A stretch of 64,000 bases of DNA from Clostridiales bacterium (GTDB lineage: Bacteria > Bacillota > Clostridia > Peptostreptococcales > Anaerovoracaceae): assembly GCA_022780965.1 (NCBI GenBank), contig JALEUQ010000040.1, positions 15,929 through 79,928 of the forward strand, written 5' to 3'. The notes below the pieces were generated by a model. It saw only the letters and a program-made list of their open reading frames with translations, was not told where the DNA came from and searched no databases. Positions 1 to 8,910 of the stretch are shown piece by piece; positions within the stretch are counted from its first letter, which is position 1; each line of letters begins with the position of its first letter. Position numbers and translations under genes: made by a program.

Positions 1-191
1 GAAGAAGTAGTGCAATCTGTCCCAAGAGCGACGCAAGACGCGATTGGCTAGACAGATTCGTCTGCCAGAGCGGTCAAAATGCAACGCATTTTGGGAACCG
101 CGGGACGGCGCAATCTGTCCCAACAACCAGGATATTAGTTTTTACGGGTGCCCGGTACCAGCCGGACACCCTTTGCATAAAGGAGAAAATT
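1..191 (+). promoter_or_regulatory. Structured 5' leader of ilvD (possible attenuator / T-box-like element, truncated by window start)
   Basis: 14-nt direct repeat GCAATCTGTCCCAA at 12-25 and 110-123. Hairpin CAAAATGC-AAC-GCATTTTG at 75-93. GC-rich hairpin at 146-171 (GGGTGCCCGG / CCGGACACCC, one mismatch) followed by TTTG, 8 nt before the AAGGAG RBS at 180-185. Confidence 0.3.
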
Positions 192-1856
192 ATGGCACTT
201 AAGCATAATCAGGTAATGGAAGGTGTTGAGAAGGCACCGGCAAGAAGTCTTTTTTACGCCATGGGGTACACTAAGGAAGAACTTGAGAGACCTCTCATTG
301 CAGTAGTTTCTGCACACAGCGAAATCGTACCAGGTCACATCCATCTTGATAAAATCACAGAGGCCGTTAAAGCCGGCGTCAGAATGGCGGGAGGCACACC
401 TATCATGGTTCCTGCTATCGGCGTATGCGACGGCATCGCTATGGGACACATCGGCATGAAATATTCGCTGGCAAGCCGTGAGCTTATCGCAGACAGCGTT
501 GAGACAATGATCAAGGCGCATGCTTTTGACGGCGCCGTTCTGGTTCCTAACTGCGACAAAATTGTCCCAGGTATGGTAATGGCAGCCGTTAGAATGAACA
601 TTCCTGCCGTTGTATGCTCAGGAGGACCAATGATGAGCGGTCTGGTAGGCGGCGTAGAAACTTCACTTTCAAAAATGTTCGAGGCTGTTGGTGCTCACAA
701 AGCAGGCATCATAGATGACGAAGGTCTCCTGGAGTACGAACAGAATGTTTGTCCGGGATGCGGTTCATGCTCCGGAATGTACACAGCCAACTCAATGAAC
801 TGTCTCTGCGAGGCAATCGGTATCGCTCTGCCCGGCAACGGCAGCATCCCTGCAATCTCAAGCGGCAGAACCATGCTGGCCAAGCACGCAGGCATGGCAA
901 TCATGAACATGCTGGAACAGGGCATCACAGCACGTGATATCATCAACGAGAAGAGCATTCGCAATGCCATCACTACCGATATGGCTCTTGGCTGCTCATC
1001 CAACAGCGTCCTTCACCTGCTGGCAATTGCCAACGAAGCAGGCGTAGACGTTGACCTTCACACTTTCAACGAAATCAGTGAAGTTACACCTAACCTCTGT
1101 CACCTGGCACCTGCCGGCGGCACTCACATGCACGACCTGAACAACGGCGGCGGAGTCCCTGCAGTAATGGCACAGCTGGCATCCAAAGGACTGCTGGATA
1201 CAAGCGCCATCACAGTAACAGGCAAGACCATCGGAGAAAATATTGAGGGCAGGAAGATTACCAATACTGATGCAATCAGGCCAATCGACAATCCATACAC
1301 AGCAACAGGCGGTCTTGCTATTCTTTTCGGCAATCTGGCTGAAGACGGATGTGTTGTCAAGAGAAGCGCAGTAGCTCCTGAAATGCTCAAGCATTCAGGT
1401 CCTGCCAGAGTATTCGACTCAGAAGAGGAAGCAATAGCAGCAATTTATGAGGGTCAGATAGTTGACGGGGATGTGGTTGTCATCAGATATGAAGGTCCTA
1501 AGGGCGGTCCCGGAATGAGAGAAATGCTCAATCCAACTTCTGCTCTCGCAGGCATGAAACTGGACAAGACTGTTGCACTTATTACAGACGGCAGATTCTC
1601 AGGGGCCAGCAGAGGCGCTTCAATCGGTCACGTTTGTCCTGAAGCTGCTGATGGAGGACTTATCGGTCTAGTTGAGGACGGAGATATTATCGATATCGAT
1701 ATCCCTAACTACGCAATTCACCTCCATATTACAGATGAAGAGCTGGCAGCAAGGAAGGCTGCATACGTTAAACCTGAACCTAAGGTTAAAGACGGCTGGC
1801 TCAACAGATACTCAAGACTCGTTGCCGCATCATGCAAGGGCGCAGTAATGGAATAA
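192..1856 (+). CDS. ilvD: Dihydroxy-acid dehydratase
   Basis: 554-aa ORF with IlvD/Edd hallmarks (APARSLFYAMGYT, CDGIAMGH, NCDKIVPGM, PGCGSCSGMYTANSM). RBS AAGGAG at 180-185. Confidence 0.97.
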   Translation: MALKHNQVMEGVEKAPARSLFYAMGYTKEELERPLIAVVSAHSEIVPGHIHLDKITEAVKAGVRMAGGTPIMVPAIGVCDGIAMGHIGMKYSLASRELIADSVETMIKAHAFDGAVLVPNCDKIVPGMVMAAVRMNIPAVVCSGGPMMSGLVGGVETSLSKMFEAVGAHKAGIIDDEGLLEYEQNVCPGCGSCSGMYTANSMNCLCEAIGIALPGNGSIPAISSGRTMLAKHAGMAIMNMLEQGITARDIINEKSIRNAITTDMALGCSSNSVLHLLAIANEAGVDVDLHTFNEISEVTPNLCHLAPAGGTHMHDLNNGGGVPAVMAQLASKGLLDTSAITVTGKTIGENIEGRKITNTDAIRPIDNPYTATGGLAILFGNLAEDGCVVKRSAVAPEMLKHSGPARVFDSEEEAIAAIYEGQIVDGDVVVIRYEGPKGGPGMREMLNPTSALAGMKLDKTVALITDGRFSGASRGASIGHVCPEAADGGLIGLVEDGDIIDIDIPNYAIHLHITDEELAARKAAYVKPEPKVKDGWLNRYSRLVAASCKGAVME

Positions 1857-1880
1857 ACCAGCCGAAAAGCTGCTTACAGA

Positions 1881-1912
1881 AAGGGACCGGAAATTCCGGT
1901 CCCTTTGTTATT
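1881..1912. terminator. Bidirectional rho-independent terminator between ilvD and the M16 peptidase gene
   Basis: Stem GGGACCGG (1883-1890) / CCGGTCCC (1896-1903) with 5-nt loop. Flanked by AAA upstream and TTTGTTATTT downstream. Confidence 0.75.
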
Positions 1913-1922
1913 TCTCTATCTT

Positions 1923-1944
1923 GCCCTATAGGCCGTTATTTCTC
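1923..1944 (+). repeat. Copy A of a short intergenic motif (GCCCTATAGGCC + GTTATTTCTC)
   Basis: One mismatch to the palindrome GGCCTATAGGCC, followed by a T-rich ...TTATTTCTC tail. Related copies lie at 18704-18727 and, inverted, at 21200-21221. Confidence 0.5.
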
Positions 1945-2014
1945 AATTTCGTCCTCTGGGCTATAGACCTCTATTTAACTGCAGTCGTCAGTTCAGAATC
2001 ATCATACCCTCAGA

Positions 2015-4945
2015 TTATACCCTCAGCACGAGATCAAGCTCGCCTGCAGCTTCCAGCTGCTCTTCGCTGCCAACGATGCAAAAGCCGCCTGAAGCAAGTG
2101 CCGCCTCTATGGCGTCCGCCATTTCAATGAGCTCCTCTCTTGTTACTGTCAGAAGCTCTCTGCGCACCTGACATCTGTATTCATAAGTAGTACCTTTGAA
2201 GTAGAAGGCATCACCCACCTGCGCCTTAAGCCGCGGCGTCATCAGCGGCGAAGCTTCAGATACAGCCCCGATAATGAATCCTGTCAGATCGAAATCTTCG
2301 GACGCAATTTCCCTCAGGAATGCTCCCGTTTCCAGGAAAGTGTCAAGACTCGATGCTCCCGACGGATCTCGATACGAATAGCAGGTCAGCAGTCCCGACG
2401 GATTGGCTGACATTCCTGCTCCGTATGCTCCGCCTTGAACTCTTATGGCGTTCCATAGATGCGCCAGACTGATTATTCTTGCCGCTACCTGCATTTTGCC
2501 CGAAAATCCACTGTTGTGAAGACTCAGGTCGCCGCCTCGTACTGCAAAGGAGATATCTGCAGGAATTATCATTCCTTCTCTTCTGAACCCTGCCGGTTTC
2601 ACATCATCGAGACACTTGCGAACCTGCGTCTGTATGCCGCAGCCACCGGCCTTCGGCCCTATTCCTGCTGTAACAGCCTCTATCAGTTCAGTATCATCAA
2701 ATCCTTTGCCTGCTGTAACACTGATAGTCATGTTATCCGTGCGAATAACGCCTCTCAGGCACTCAGCCATAGTCGCCGCCATTTCCTGCGGATTCCAGTT
2801 GTCCAGCTTATCCTTAAGCCACTGGTAATATTCGAATCCGGTTATTGCCTCCTGGGCAGCCCCCAGCTTGCCGGCCATTGCCAGAACTCGTCTGTTAGCA
2901 GCAGAGTTCCCACCCATTATAAATGACTGTCTTCGCTCCTGCTTGCACTGCTTGAGAATGTCCAGAATCCTGTCTTCCTGATCGAAGACTGTCCCGCTGA
3001 GAATGTCGGTAATAAGTTCTGCGGCCGGGAGCATATTATGCTGGAGCACGCTGAAAGTTACAGTAAACTGTACGCTTGAAATTTCTTTGCTGTTGTTCAT
3101 GCCGTAGAGCAACAGATCGAAATCCAGCCTGCCAAGATGCTTCTGCTGGCTTACAATGAGTTCCTGTGAATCATGCTTCTCAGTTCTCAATGCTCCCAGA
3201 AGCTCCGCAAGGAAAGAAAGCTGCGAAAGCTTTTCTTTGTCATATTCATCTATTTCAAAGTACATGCTTACGTATCTGATATCGCCTGTTTCTATCGGAT
3301 GGCGCACTACAGTAACGTCGCCGGCCTTCCTTGTTTCTGTCGGTATATCTTCCGGCTTATCGTCCATGTCTTCAAGTGTCAGATGCGGCAGTTTCTCCAG
3401 ATCTTCAGCCCTGTCTTCGCTGTTCTGCCAGGCTGTAAGCCTGTCCTGTGCATCCTGCACTGCAGCAGCATCTTCGGCTGACCATCTTCCGGTTTCTTCT
3501 TTAATCCTGTCTGCTTCTCTGGCTCTTCTCTCTTCACCCAGAGTCACTGACGGCTCCAGAATTATCTGGCATTTATGGTTGTTGTCCAGGAGCACTTCTC
3601 TTATCAGCTTCTCGAAATATCCATCCTTCATCTTGGCTCTAAGGTCATCATACAATGTACCTTTCTCCAGATATAATTCGGGAGCACCGCCATAAAGCAT
3701 GCTGTCCATTATCATGAAACCGAAGAACAGCCCCTGCGGATATGTTCCGAAATCGTGCTCCTCCATGAGAAACTCGCTGTTTGCCATAATTGCTTCCAGC
3801 CTGTCTCTGTCGATGCCTTCCTCTGCCAGTCTCTCCAGTTCCCCAAAAATAATTTCTTCTATTTTATCAGCATCATCTCTGCAGAAATTGCGCACTTCAA
3901 CCTTGACCCACGGCTGCGCAATACCTTCGTACACGCGCACTGCTACATCCTCTGCAAGGTTTCTCTCCAGAATCAGCTTGTTCAGATATGCCTCATTGTT
4001 TCCTGCCAGCACCTCACCCAGAATGTCCATGGCGAGAATCTTCTCACGCTGATCATATGTGCACAAACCTCTGCCCCATGCCATTCTCATTCGCTGTTCA
4101 ATCGGCTCTTCCGGTCCTATCTCATATTTTACCGTTCTCACTCCGCCATCCACAGACTCCTGAACAGCCGGCGGCGCCACACGTTCTCCTCTCGGCAGAT
4201 CGCACAGGAACTCATCGTTAATAATTCCCAGAATCTGATCCGGATCAATGCTCCCATCGAGAAAAATGATTCCGTTTGATGGAGAATAGAACTTGCGGTG
4301 GGCCTCCACGAACTGCTCATATGTCAGATCAGGAATAGCTTCAGGACTTCCGCCGGAATTGTACGCATAAGGCGTATCAGGCAAAAGCGCTTCATTTAAT
4401 GCCGCCTCCATTATCTCACCGGCGTCTGCCATGGCCCCCTTCATCTCGTTGAATACAACACCTTTATATGATATGTTCCCGGATTCGTCCTTCTCATAAT
4501 GCCACCCTTCCTGCATGAAAATTTCAGGCTTGCTGTAAATTGCAGGATGGAATACTGCATCAAGATACACCCTCATGAGATTGATGAAATCCTGATTGTT
4601 CTGGCTGGAAACCGGATACATGGTTTTGTCCGGGAATGTCATGGCATTAAGGAATGTATTCATGGAGTTCTTGAGCAGCTCGATAAAAGGTTCCTTGACA
4701 GGATATCTGTCAGAACCGCAAAGAACTGAGTGCTCGAGAATGTGGAATACACCGGTGTTGTTCCACGGAAGTGTCTCAAAGGTTACGGCGAAAGTTTTGT
4801 TTTCTTCTTCTCTGCTGAGCCAGACAAGTTTCAGCTGTGTCTTCTCATGAACCATCTCAACAAGCTGCGCCGCCAGTTCTCTAATTTCTGTTACTCTCTC
4901 TACGCGGAAACCGTGCACAATTTTATCTTTTGCTAATTCTATCAC
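2015..4945 (-). CDS. M16-family (insulinase / PreP-like) zinc metallopeptidase
   Basis: 976-aa ORF with GTG start and GGGAGA RBS. HxxEH zinc motif (HILEHSVLCGS). Size and layout are typical of M16C peptidases. Confidence 0.9.
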   Translation of the reverse strand: MIELAKDKIVHGFRVERVTEIRELAAQLVEMVHEKTQLKLVWLSREEENKTFAVTFETLPWNNTGVFHILEHSVLCGSDRYPVKEPFIELLKNSMNTFLNAMTFPDKTMYPVSSQNNQDFINLMRVYLDAVFHPAIYSKPEIFMQEGWHYEKDESGNISYKGVVFNEMKGAMADAGEIMEAALNEALLPDTPYAYNSGGSPEAIPDLTYEQFVEAHRKFYSPSNGIIFLDGSIDPDQILGIINDEFLCDLPRGERVAPPAVQESVDGGVRTVKYEIGPEEPIEQRMRMAWGRGLCTYDQREKILAMDILGEVLAGNNEAYLNKLILERNLAEDVAVRVYEGIAQPWVKVEVRNFCRDDADKIEEIIFGELERLAEEGIDRDRLEAIMANSEFLMEEHDFGTYPQGLFFGFMIMDSMLYGGAPELYLEKGTLYDDLRAKMKDGYFEKLIREVLLDNNHKCQIILEPSVTLGEERRAREADRIKEETGRWSAEDAAAVQDAQDRLTAWQNSEDRAEDLEKLPHLTLEDMDDKPEDIPTETRKAGDVTVVRHPIETGDIRYVSMYFEIDEYDKEKLSQLSFLAELLGALRTEKHDSQELIVSQQKHLGRLDFDLLLYGMNNSKEISSVQFTVTFSVLQHNMLPAAELITDILSGTVFDQEDRILDILKQCKQERRQSFIMGGNSAANRRVLAMAGKLGAAQEAITGFEYYQWLKDKLDNWNPQEMAATMAECLRGVIRTDNMTISVTAGKGFDDTELIEAVTAGIGPKAGGCGIQTQVRKCLDDVKPAGFRREGMIIPADISFAVRGGDLSLHNSGFSGKMQVAARIISLAHLWNAIRVQGGAYGAGMSANPSGLLTCYSYRDPSGASSLDTFLETGAFLREIASEDFDLTGFIIGAVSEASPLMTPRLKAQVGDAFYFKGTTYEYRCQVRRELLTVTREELIEMADAIEAALASGGFCIVGSEEQLEAAGELDLVLRV

Positions 4946-4969
4946 TCTATTTCTCCCTTATACATTAAT

Positions 4970-4992
4970 GGTGCCCGGAATTACCGGGCACC
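4970..4992 (-). terminator. GC-rich stem-loop between the GGDEF-like gene and the M16 gene (possible terminator; no U-tract)
   Basis: Perfect 9-bp stem GGTGCCCGG / CCGGGCACC with loop AATTA. No T-run on either side, so function is uncertain. Confidence 0.35.
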
Positions 4993-5077
4993 AGCCTAAT
5001 TCATTAAATAAAATAACACGGGTGAAGCTGCATTGCAATTGTTTTCGCATTCACACACATTCGTCAGCTGCTCGCCT

Positions 5078-6025
5078 CTATTCACCCTTGATGCGTTCCC
5101 ACCTGCAATCCAGGCTGCATGCAGGCTTGTTCTTCGGCTGAAGCTCTCTGAATGATGCTTCAACTCTCTTGCAGACTGTTGCAGAGTTGATTTCATCTGC
5201 TCCGTTGAATATTGCCATGTACTGGCTGTTGGAATATCTGCAGTAAAGGTCTCCGAACCTCAGTGTCTTGTGAAGGGCCTCACCCAGAATCTCCATCATT
5301 GTTTCATTGACATCGTAATCAGCAACTCCGCCTGACTCGTTTGTAATGGAAAGAATTGCAAGGGATGCAACTATGTCGTTTCTAGTCATGCCCCTTACAA
5401 TATATCTGTAAACCATCTTGAAAGTCTCCGGCTCTCTGCAGAGCGCCCCGCCTGTCTCTTTCATCTCCTCTGCCAGTTCTCCATTGAGAATTTTCATGTC
5501 AATGGCCCAGTTCTCCGGTTCTGCAATTTCCTTTGTCAGTCCCTTTCCGATCATTTTTTCATCAAGGCGACGGCTTGCTCTGGTAAACATGCTTCCGAAG
5601 GTATCGTTGTTCTGATAAAATGCCGTTCCTATTGTAAGGGCGAGGGGAATATCAGCATTCAGATTGTAACTGTCAATGCGCCTGATAATGTGATCCGCCA
5701 GCTCGTCGACTTCTTTGATATCTTTGAAACCCAGACTGTATATTACGAATACGTTACCGTTGACACGCACTACTACAGCTCTCTCCCCGGCAATGAATCC
5801 GAGGAGTCTGGCAATGTCATGCAGGCATTCATCTCCTGCTTTATGTCCGAAACGGTTGTTAATCACTCTGCAGTTATCCACATTGCATACCAGCATGGCA
5901 CCTCCGGGCTGAATCATGGTTCTAATTACCGCTTCTCCCGCCTGCCTGCTGTATACGCCTGTAAGTCTGTCAATGTCTGCACTCTCAATTGTCATTTCAT
6001 TATCCATCTCGTAATTCCTGTTCAT
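5078..6025 (-). CDS. Two-domain degenerate GGDEF-like protein (predicted catalytically inactive)
   Basis: N-terminal domain has LTGVYSRQ, NNRFGHKAGDECL and RVNGNVF in place of RxGGDEF. C-terminal domain has LRFGDLYCRYSNSQYMAIF in place of RxxDxxxRxGGDEF. AGGAGA RBS. Confidence 0.8.
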   Translation of the reverse strand: MNRNYEMDNEMTIESADIDRLTGVYSRQAGEAVIRTMIQPGGAMLVCNVDNCRVINNRFGHKAGDECLHDIARLLGFIAGERAVVVRVNGNVFVIYSLGFKDIKEVDELADHIIRRIDSYNLNADIPLALTIGTAFYQNNDTFGSMFTRASRRLDEKMIGKGLTKEIAEPENWAIDMKILNGELAEEMKETGGALCREPETFKMVYRYIVRGMTRNDIVASLAILSITNESGGVADYDVNETMMEILGEALHKTLRFGDLYCRYSNSQYMAIFNGADEINSATVCKRVEASFRELQPKNKPACSLDCRWERIKGE

Positions 6026-6214
6026 ACCCTTCTCCTGCTGTCGTTCCCATAATAGAATAGTGTAGTATAATTATACACCGATGAATTAGTTTACGCACCA
6101 CTTTGTTTCAATATATATCGTAAAACAGCACTTTTTTAATGACATTTTTGAGATATAATAAGATAGTAAATCAAAGAAAGGAGTGTCGGGCAGGAGACTG
6201 CCCGCAACAAGATA

Positions 6215-6775
6215 ATGGCAAGAATAAACTTCGGACCTAAATCATTTATCACACCCGAACCGGTGCTGATGATTGCAGCTTATGACGAGAACGGAACACC
6301 TGATATCATGAACGCAGCATGGGGCGGCGTATCAGGTGCAAATCAGATTACAATGTGCCTCAGCCCAACTCACAAGACAGTTAAAAACATCCTCGAGAGA
6401 AAGGCCTTTACTGTCAGCTTCGCTACTGCATCGACTGTAACTGAGTCTGACTATGTGGGAATTGTCTCAGCAAATGAAGTCCCTGACAAATTCGCCAGAG
6501 CTGGTTTCACAGCTGCCAAAAGTGAATTCGTAGATGCTCCGCTGGTTGACCAGTATCCCGCAGCAATTGAGTGTACGCTGGTCAGCTATGATGCAGATAC
6601 ACACATCATGATTGGAAACATCGTTAACGTATCAGCTGATGAGAGCGTTATCACAGACGGTTCCATCGACCTGGCAAAGCTCGAGCCAATCACATACGAC
6701 GGCCTCAATCACAACTACAATGTTCTGGGCTCTGTAGTAGGCAAAGCTTTCGCTGACGGCGAGAAACTTAAGTAG
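6215..6775 (+). CDS. Flavin reductase-like (flavoredoxin) FMN-binding protein
   Basis: 186-aa ORF. N-terminal PxPVLMIAAYDENGTPDIMNAAWGG pattern is typical of the flavin reductase-like domain family. Confidence 0.8.
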   Translation: MARINFGPKSFITPEPVLMIAAYDENGTPDIMNAAWGGVSGANQITMCLSPTHKTVKNILERKAFTVSFATASTVTESDYVGIVSANEVPDKFARAGFTAAKSEFVDAPLVDQYPAAIECTLVSYDADTHIMIGNIVNVSADESVITDGSIDLAKLEPITYDGLNHNYNVLGSVVGKAFADGEKLK

Positions 6776-6809
6776 CATCGCAATTCATAATCGTAAGACA
6801 ATTACAGCA

Positions 6810-6846
6810 ATGCCCCCGCGAACATGCGGGGGCATTCTTATTTACT
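6810..6846. terminator. Rho-independent terminator (flavin reductase gene; also faces srtB)
   Basis: 10-bp stem ATGCCCCCGC (6810-6819) / GCGGGGGCAT (6826-6835) with 6-nt loop, followed by TCTTATTTACTT. Confidence 0.7.
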
Positions 6847-6857
6847 TCTCTGCTGTG

Positions 6858-7610
6858 CTATTTATCTGTTCTTACTGCCACAACGAAGAATCTTCCTTCA
6901 TCGCTAACATTGGTACATGTGCTAAGTGTAATAAGCTGACTGCCGTACTCCGGAACAACACCGGTATCATAACAGCTGAGTTTCTTTACACCGTCTACAA
7001 ACTCATGGTATTCCCGTTCAGAAGTCATTCCGGCATATGCATAGTACTTGAATTTGCTTGAATCCTTATCATATATCTGCGAGTAGCCTGCTGCCACCAC
7101 CTGATATACACCCTGACCGCCTTTGTATATGGTATCAAAGTTAATGGTCTTGTGATCCCTGTAGAACTCCTCGTCTTCGTACTTAATCAGATCATGGAAC
7201 ATGCTGCCGTTCTTCATGTTGTGTCCGTAAATCATGAAATTGGAAGTCGGCATGAATATGTCACTGTGAACATCCATGAACGGCACCCCGCCGGTGGAAT
7301 GCTCCCTGTTGAAATCCCGCCTCAGATAATACTCAGGATCATCAGGTGTCTGCATTACCGGGAAGTCTATTTTGGTTCCGTCAATTCTTATCCAGCCGAT
7401 AAGGTCGTTGTTCTTCTGCCAGATTGGCACGTATTTGCCGATTATTATGCCCTTGTCCGTCTTCAGGTCCTCAAGCTCCTCTGACTGTTTAAGGTCTTTG
7501 AGGGAATTCATCTCTTTGTATCCGTTGTAATAGTACTGGATAAGAACTCCTGCTGCTCCCACGAAGACAATCAGACAGACTACAAGTATTATTTTCCTTA
7601 CTAATCCCAT
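6858..7610 (-). CDS. srtB: Class B sortase
   Basis: 250 aa. N-terminal TM anchor, catalytic His context MIYGHNM, TLSTC active-site Cys motif, C-terminal RFFVVAVR Arg. Confidence 0.88.
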   Translation of the reverse strand: MGLVRKIILVVCLIVFVGAAGVLIQYYYNGYKEMNSLKDLKQSEELEDLKTDKGIIIGKYVPIWQKNNDLIGWIRIDGTKIDFPVMQTPDDPEYYLRRDFNREHSTGGVPFMDVHSDIFMPTSNFMIYGHNMKNGSMFHDLIKYEDEEFYRDHKTINFDTIYKGGQGVYQVVAAGYSQIYDKDSSKFKYYAYAGMTSEREYHEFVDGVKKLSCYDTGVVPEYGSQLITLSTCTNVSDEGRFFVVAVRTDK

Positions 7611-7618
7611 TACTTCTG

Positions 7619-8782
7619 CTATTCCTTTCCCTTAAGCTTCTTCTGCTTCTTTCGCTCTTTGTGCTCCGCCTTGGCTGCCGCCATGTCCAGCGTCTTGATA
7701 TTGCCGGCAACACCGCGTCTGCATAGAGCAAGCTGTCCTGTTTCCGGATGTTCATGGAAATAGTACATGTCATCCTCATCCATAACATAACTGGAGACAC
7801 CGTTAATTTTGATAATGTGCTGCCTTGCCGTGCTGTTATATCCATGAAGTTCCCTGGTCACAGCACCGCCTTTGACAACTTCTTCAATCCAGTAAACAAT
7901 GCCGAATTCCGATCCCAGGCTTCCTCTTACTTCTCGACCGTCAACCATGGCGCATTTGAGAGTCTTCTTGTCTCCTACTTCATATACGACACCTTTGCCC
8001 TTCTCAATGGCGTGTATCATGTATGTCATTCTGTGAAGGTTCGGAGCAATATCTATTACCTTGTCCACTGTCAGTTCGTATCTGCCGTCAGAAATTCCTG
8101 TTACACCCATCCTGATATCTGACTTGACCAAAGTGTTCAGATCCACAGCCGCCAGCCTGATTTCGCTGGTCAGATCCTGCTCGATTACGGTCATGATATT
8201 GTGATAAACCTTGAACCCTTCTATTGGCCTGCTCACGCCGTCAACAACATGAACAGACTCTATCACCTTCTCATCTCCGGTCTCAAGATTGTATTCGACA
8301 ATGTTCACCTTCGTGCCGTCTTCATCAGCTTCTTCGAAGTATGCGCAGTAGTCACATACACCCACAGAGCCTGACACCCGGCCGGCATCCTGCTTCTCGC
8401 AGATTTTTTCCAGTTCCCCGGTATTCACATAGTATGTCCTCACGGATATGCCATCACTGTCCAGCTGGCTCCAGACTACATAATTGTCCTTGCCGATAAT
8501 ATCCAGAACTCTGCCGCTCTCGGTGCTGTAAATGAGCTGCAGATCGTCAAGGCGCGTGCCCATGCCGATGCCGAATCTGTCTGCGCTGCTGTCTTCGTAC
8601 ACCATAAAAAAGGTGTCGCCTGCTCTCACCATACGCGATGGTGCCATTCCCTGGTCGCTTGGATATGTGGCGATTACATCATCATCCAGGTAATCGTCTG
8701 TCTTGAACAGCTTGACTATTGCAGCAATCAGCACAGCCAGTGCACACATTACCGCAACAAGAATTAATACTGCAAATGTCAT
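7619..8782 (-). CDS. Membrane-anchored hypothetical protein (single N-terminal TM, beta-rich ectodomain, Lys-rich C-terminal tail)
   Basis: 387-aa ORF with strong GGAGGAAG RBS. Only 8 nt upstream of srtB. No motif I can assign. Confidence 0.6.
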   Translation of the reverse strand: MTFAVLILVAVMCALAVLIAAIVKLFKTDDYLDDDVIATYPSDQGMAPSRMVRAGDTFFMVYEDSSADRFGIGMGTRLDDLQLIYSTESGRVLDIIGKDNYVVWSQLDSDGISVRTYYVNTGELEKICEKQDAGRVSGSVGVCDYCAYFEEADEDGTKVNIVEYNLETGDEKVIESVHVVDGVSRPIEGFKVYHNIMTVIEQDLTSEIRLAAVDLNTLVKSDIRMGVTGISDGRYELTVDKVIDIAPNLHRMTYMIHAIEKGKGVVYEVGDKKTLKCAMVDGREVRGSLGSEFGIVYWIEEVVKGGAVTRELHGYNSTARQHIIKINGVSSYVMDEDDMYYFHEHPETGQLALCRRGVAGNIKTLDMAAAKAEHKERKKQKKLKGKE

Positions 8783-8910
8783 TTGTCTTCCTCCGAATTT
8801 CGCATTTTACTGATTATAACATATATGCGGTCAGCAAATCAAAAGGCGCAACCCTAAAGTCACGCCTGATATCCATATTCTTTGTTTGCCTTAATTAATC
8901 ACTTCGTCAG

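Noticed and set aside
146-171. The shared 9-mer GGTGCCCGG in the hairpins at 146-171 and 4970-4992, as a possible repeat family.
   Set aside because: Only the 5' arm is shared. The loops and 3' arms differ and there are just two instances, so it is most likely coincidence.
2826-2842. A TTCGAATCC string resembling a tRNA T-arm.
   Set aside because: It lies inside the M16 coding sequence and has no acceptor, D or anticodon stems around it. I found no tRNA, rRNA, CRISPR repeat array, transposase or integrase anywhere in the window.
3156-4279. Several 100-180 aa + strand ORFs (for example 3156-3695, 3699-4052 and 3755-4279) inside the M16 peptidase gene.
   Set aside because: They are antisense to a well-supported 976-aa gene. 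They are Ser/Leu/Cys-rich with no RBS or motifs, which is typical of shadow ORFs.
6187-6204. A 7-bp hairpin (CGGGCAG-GAGA-CTGCCCG) containing a GGAG, 10 nt upstream of the flavin reductase ATG.
   Set aside because: I considered it as an SD-sequestering switch. The GGAG is 18 nt from the ATG, which is too far to be the functional SD, and no alternative pairing is visible. It is probably incidental.
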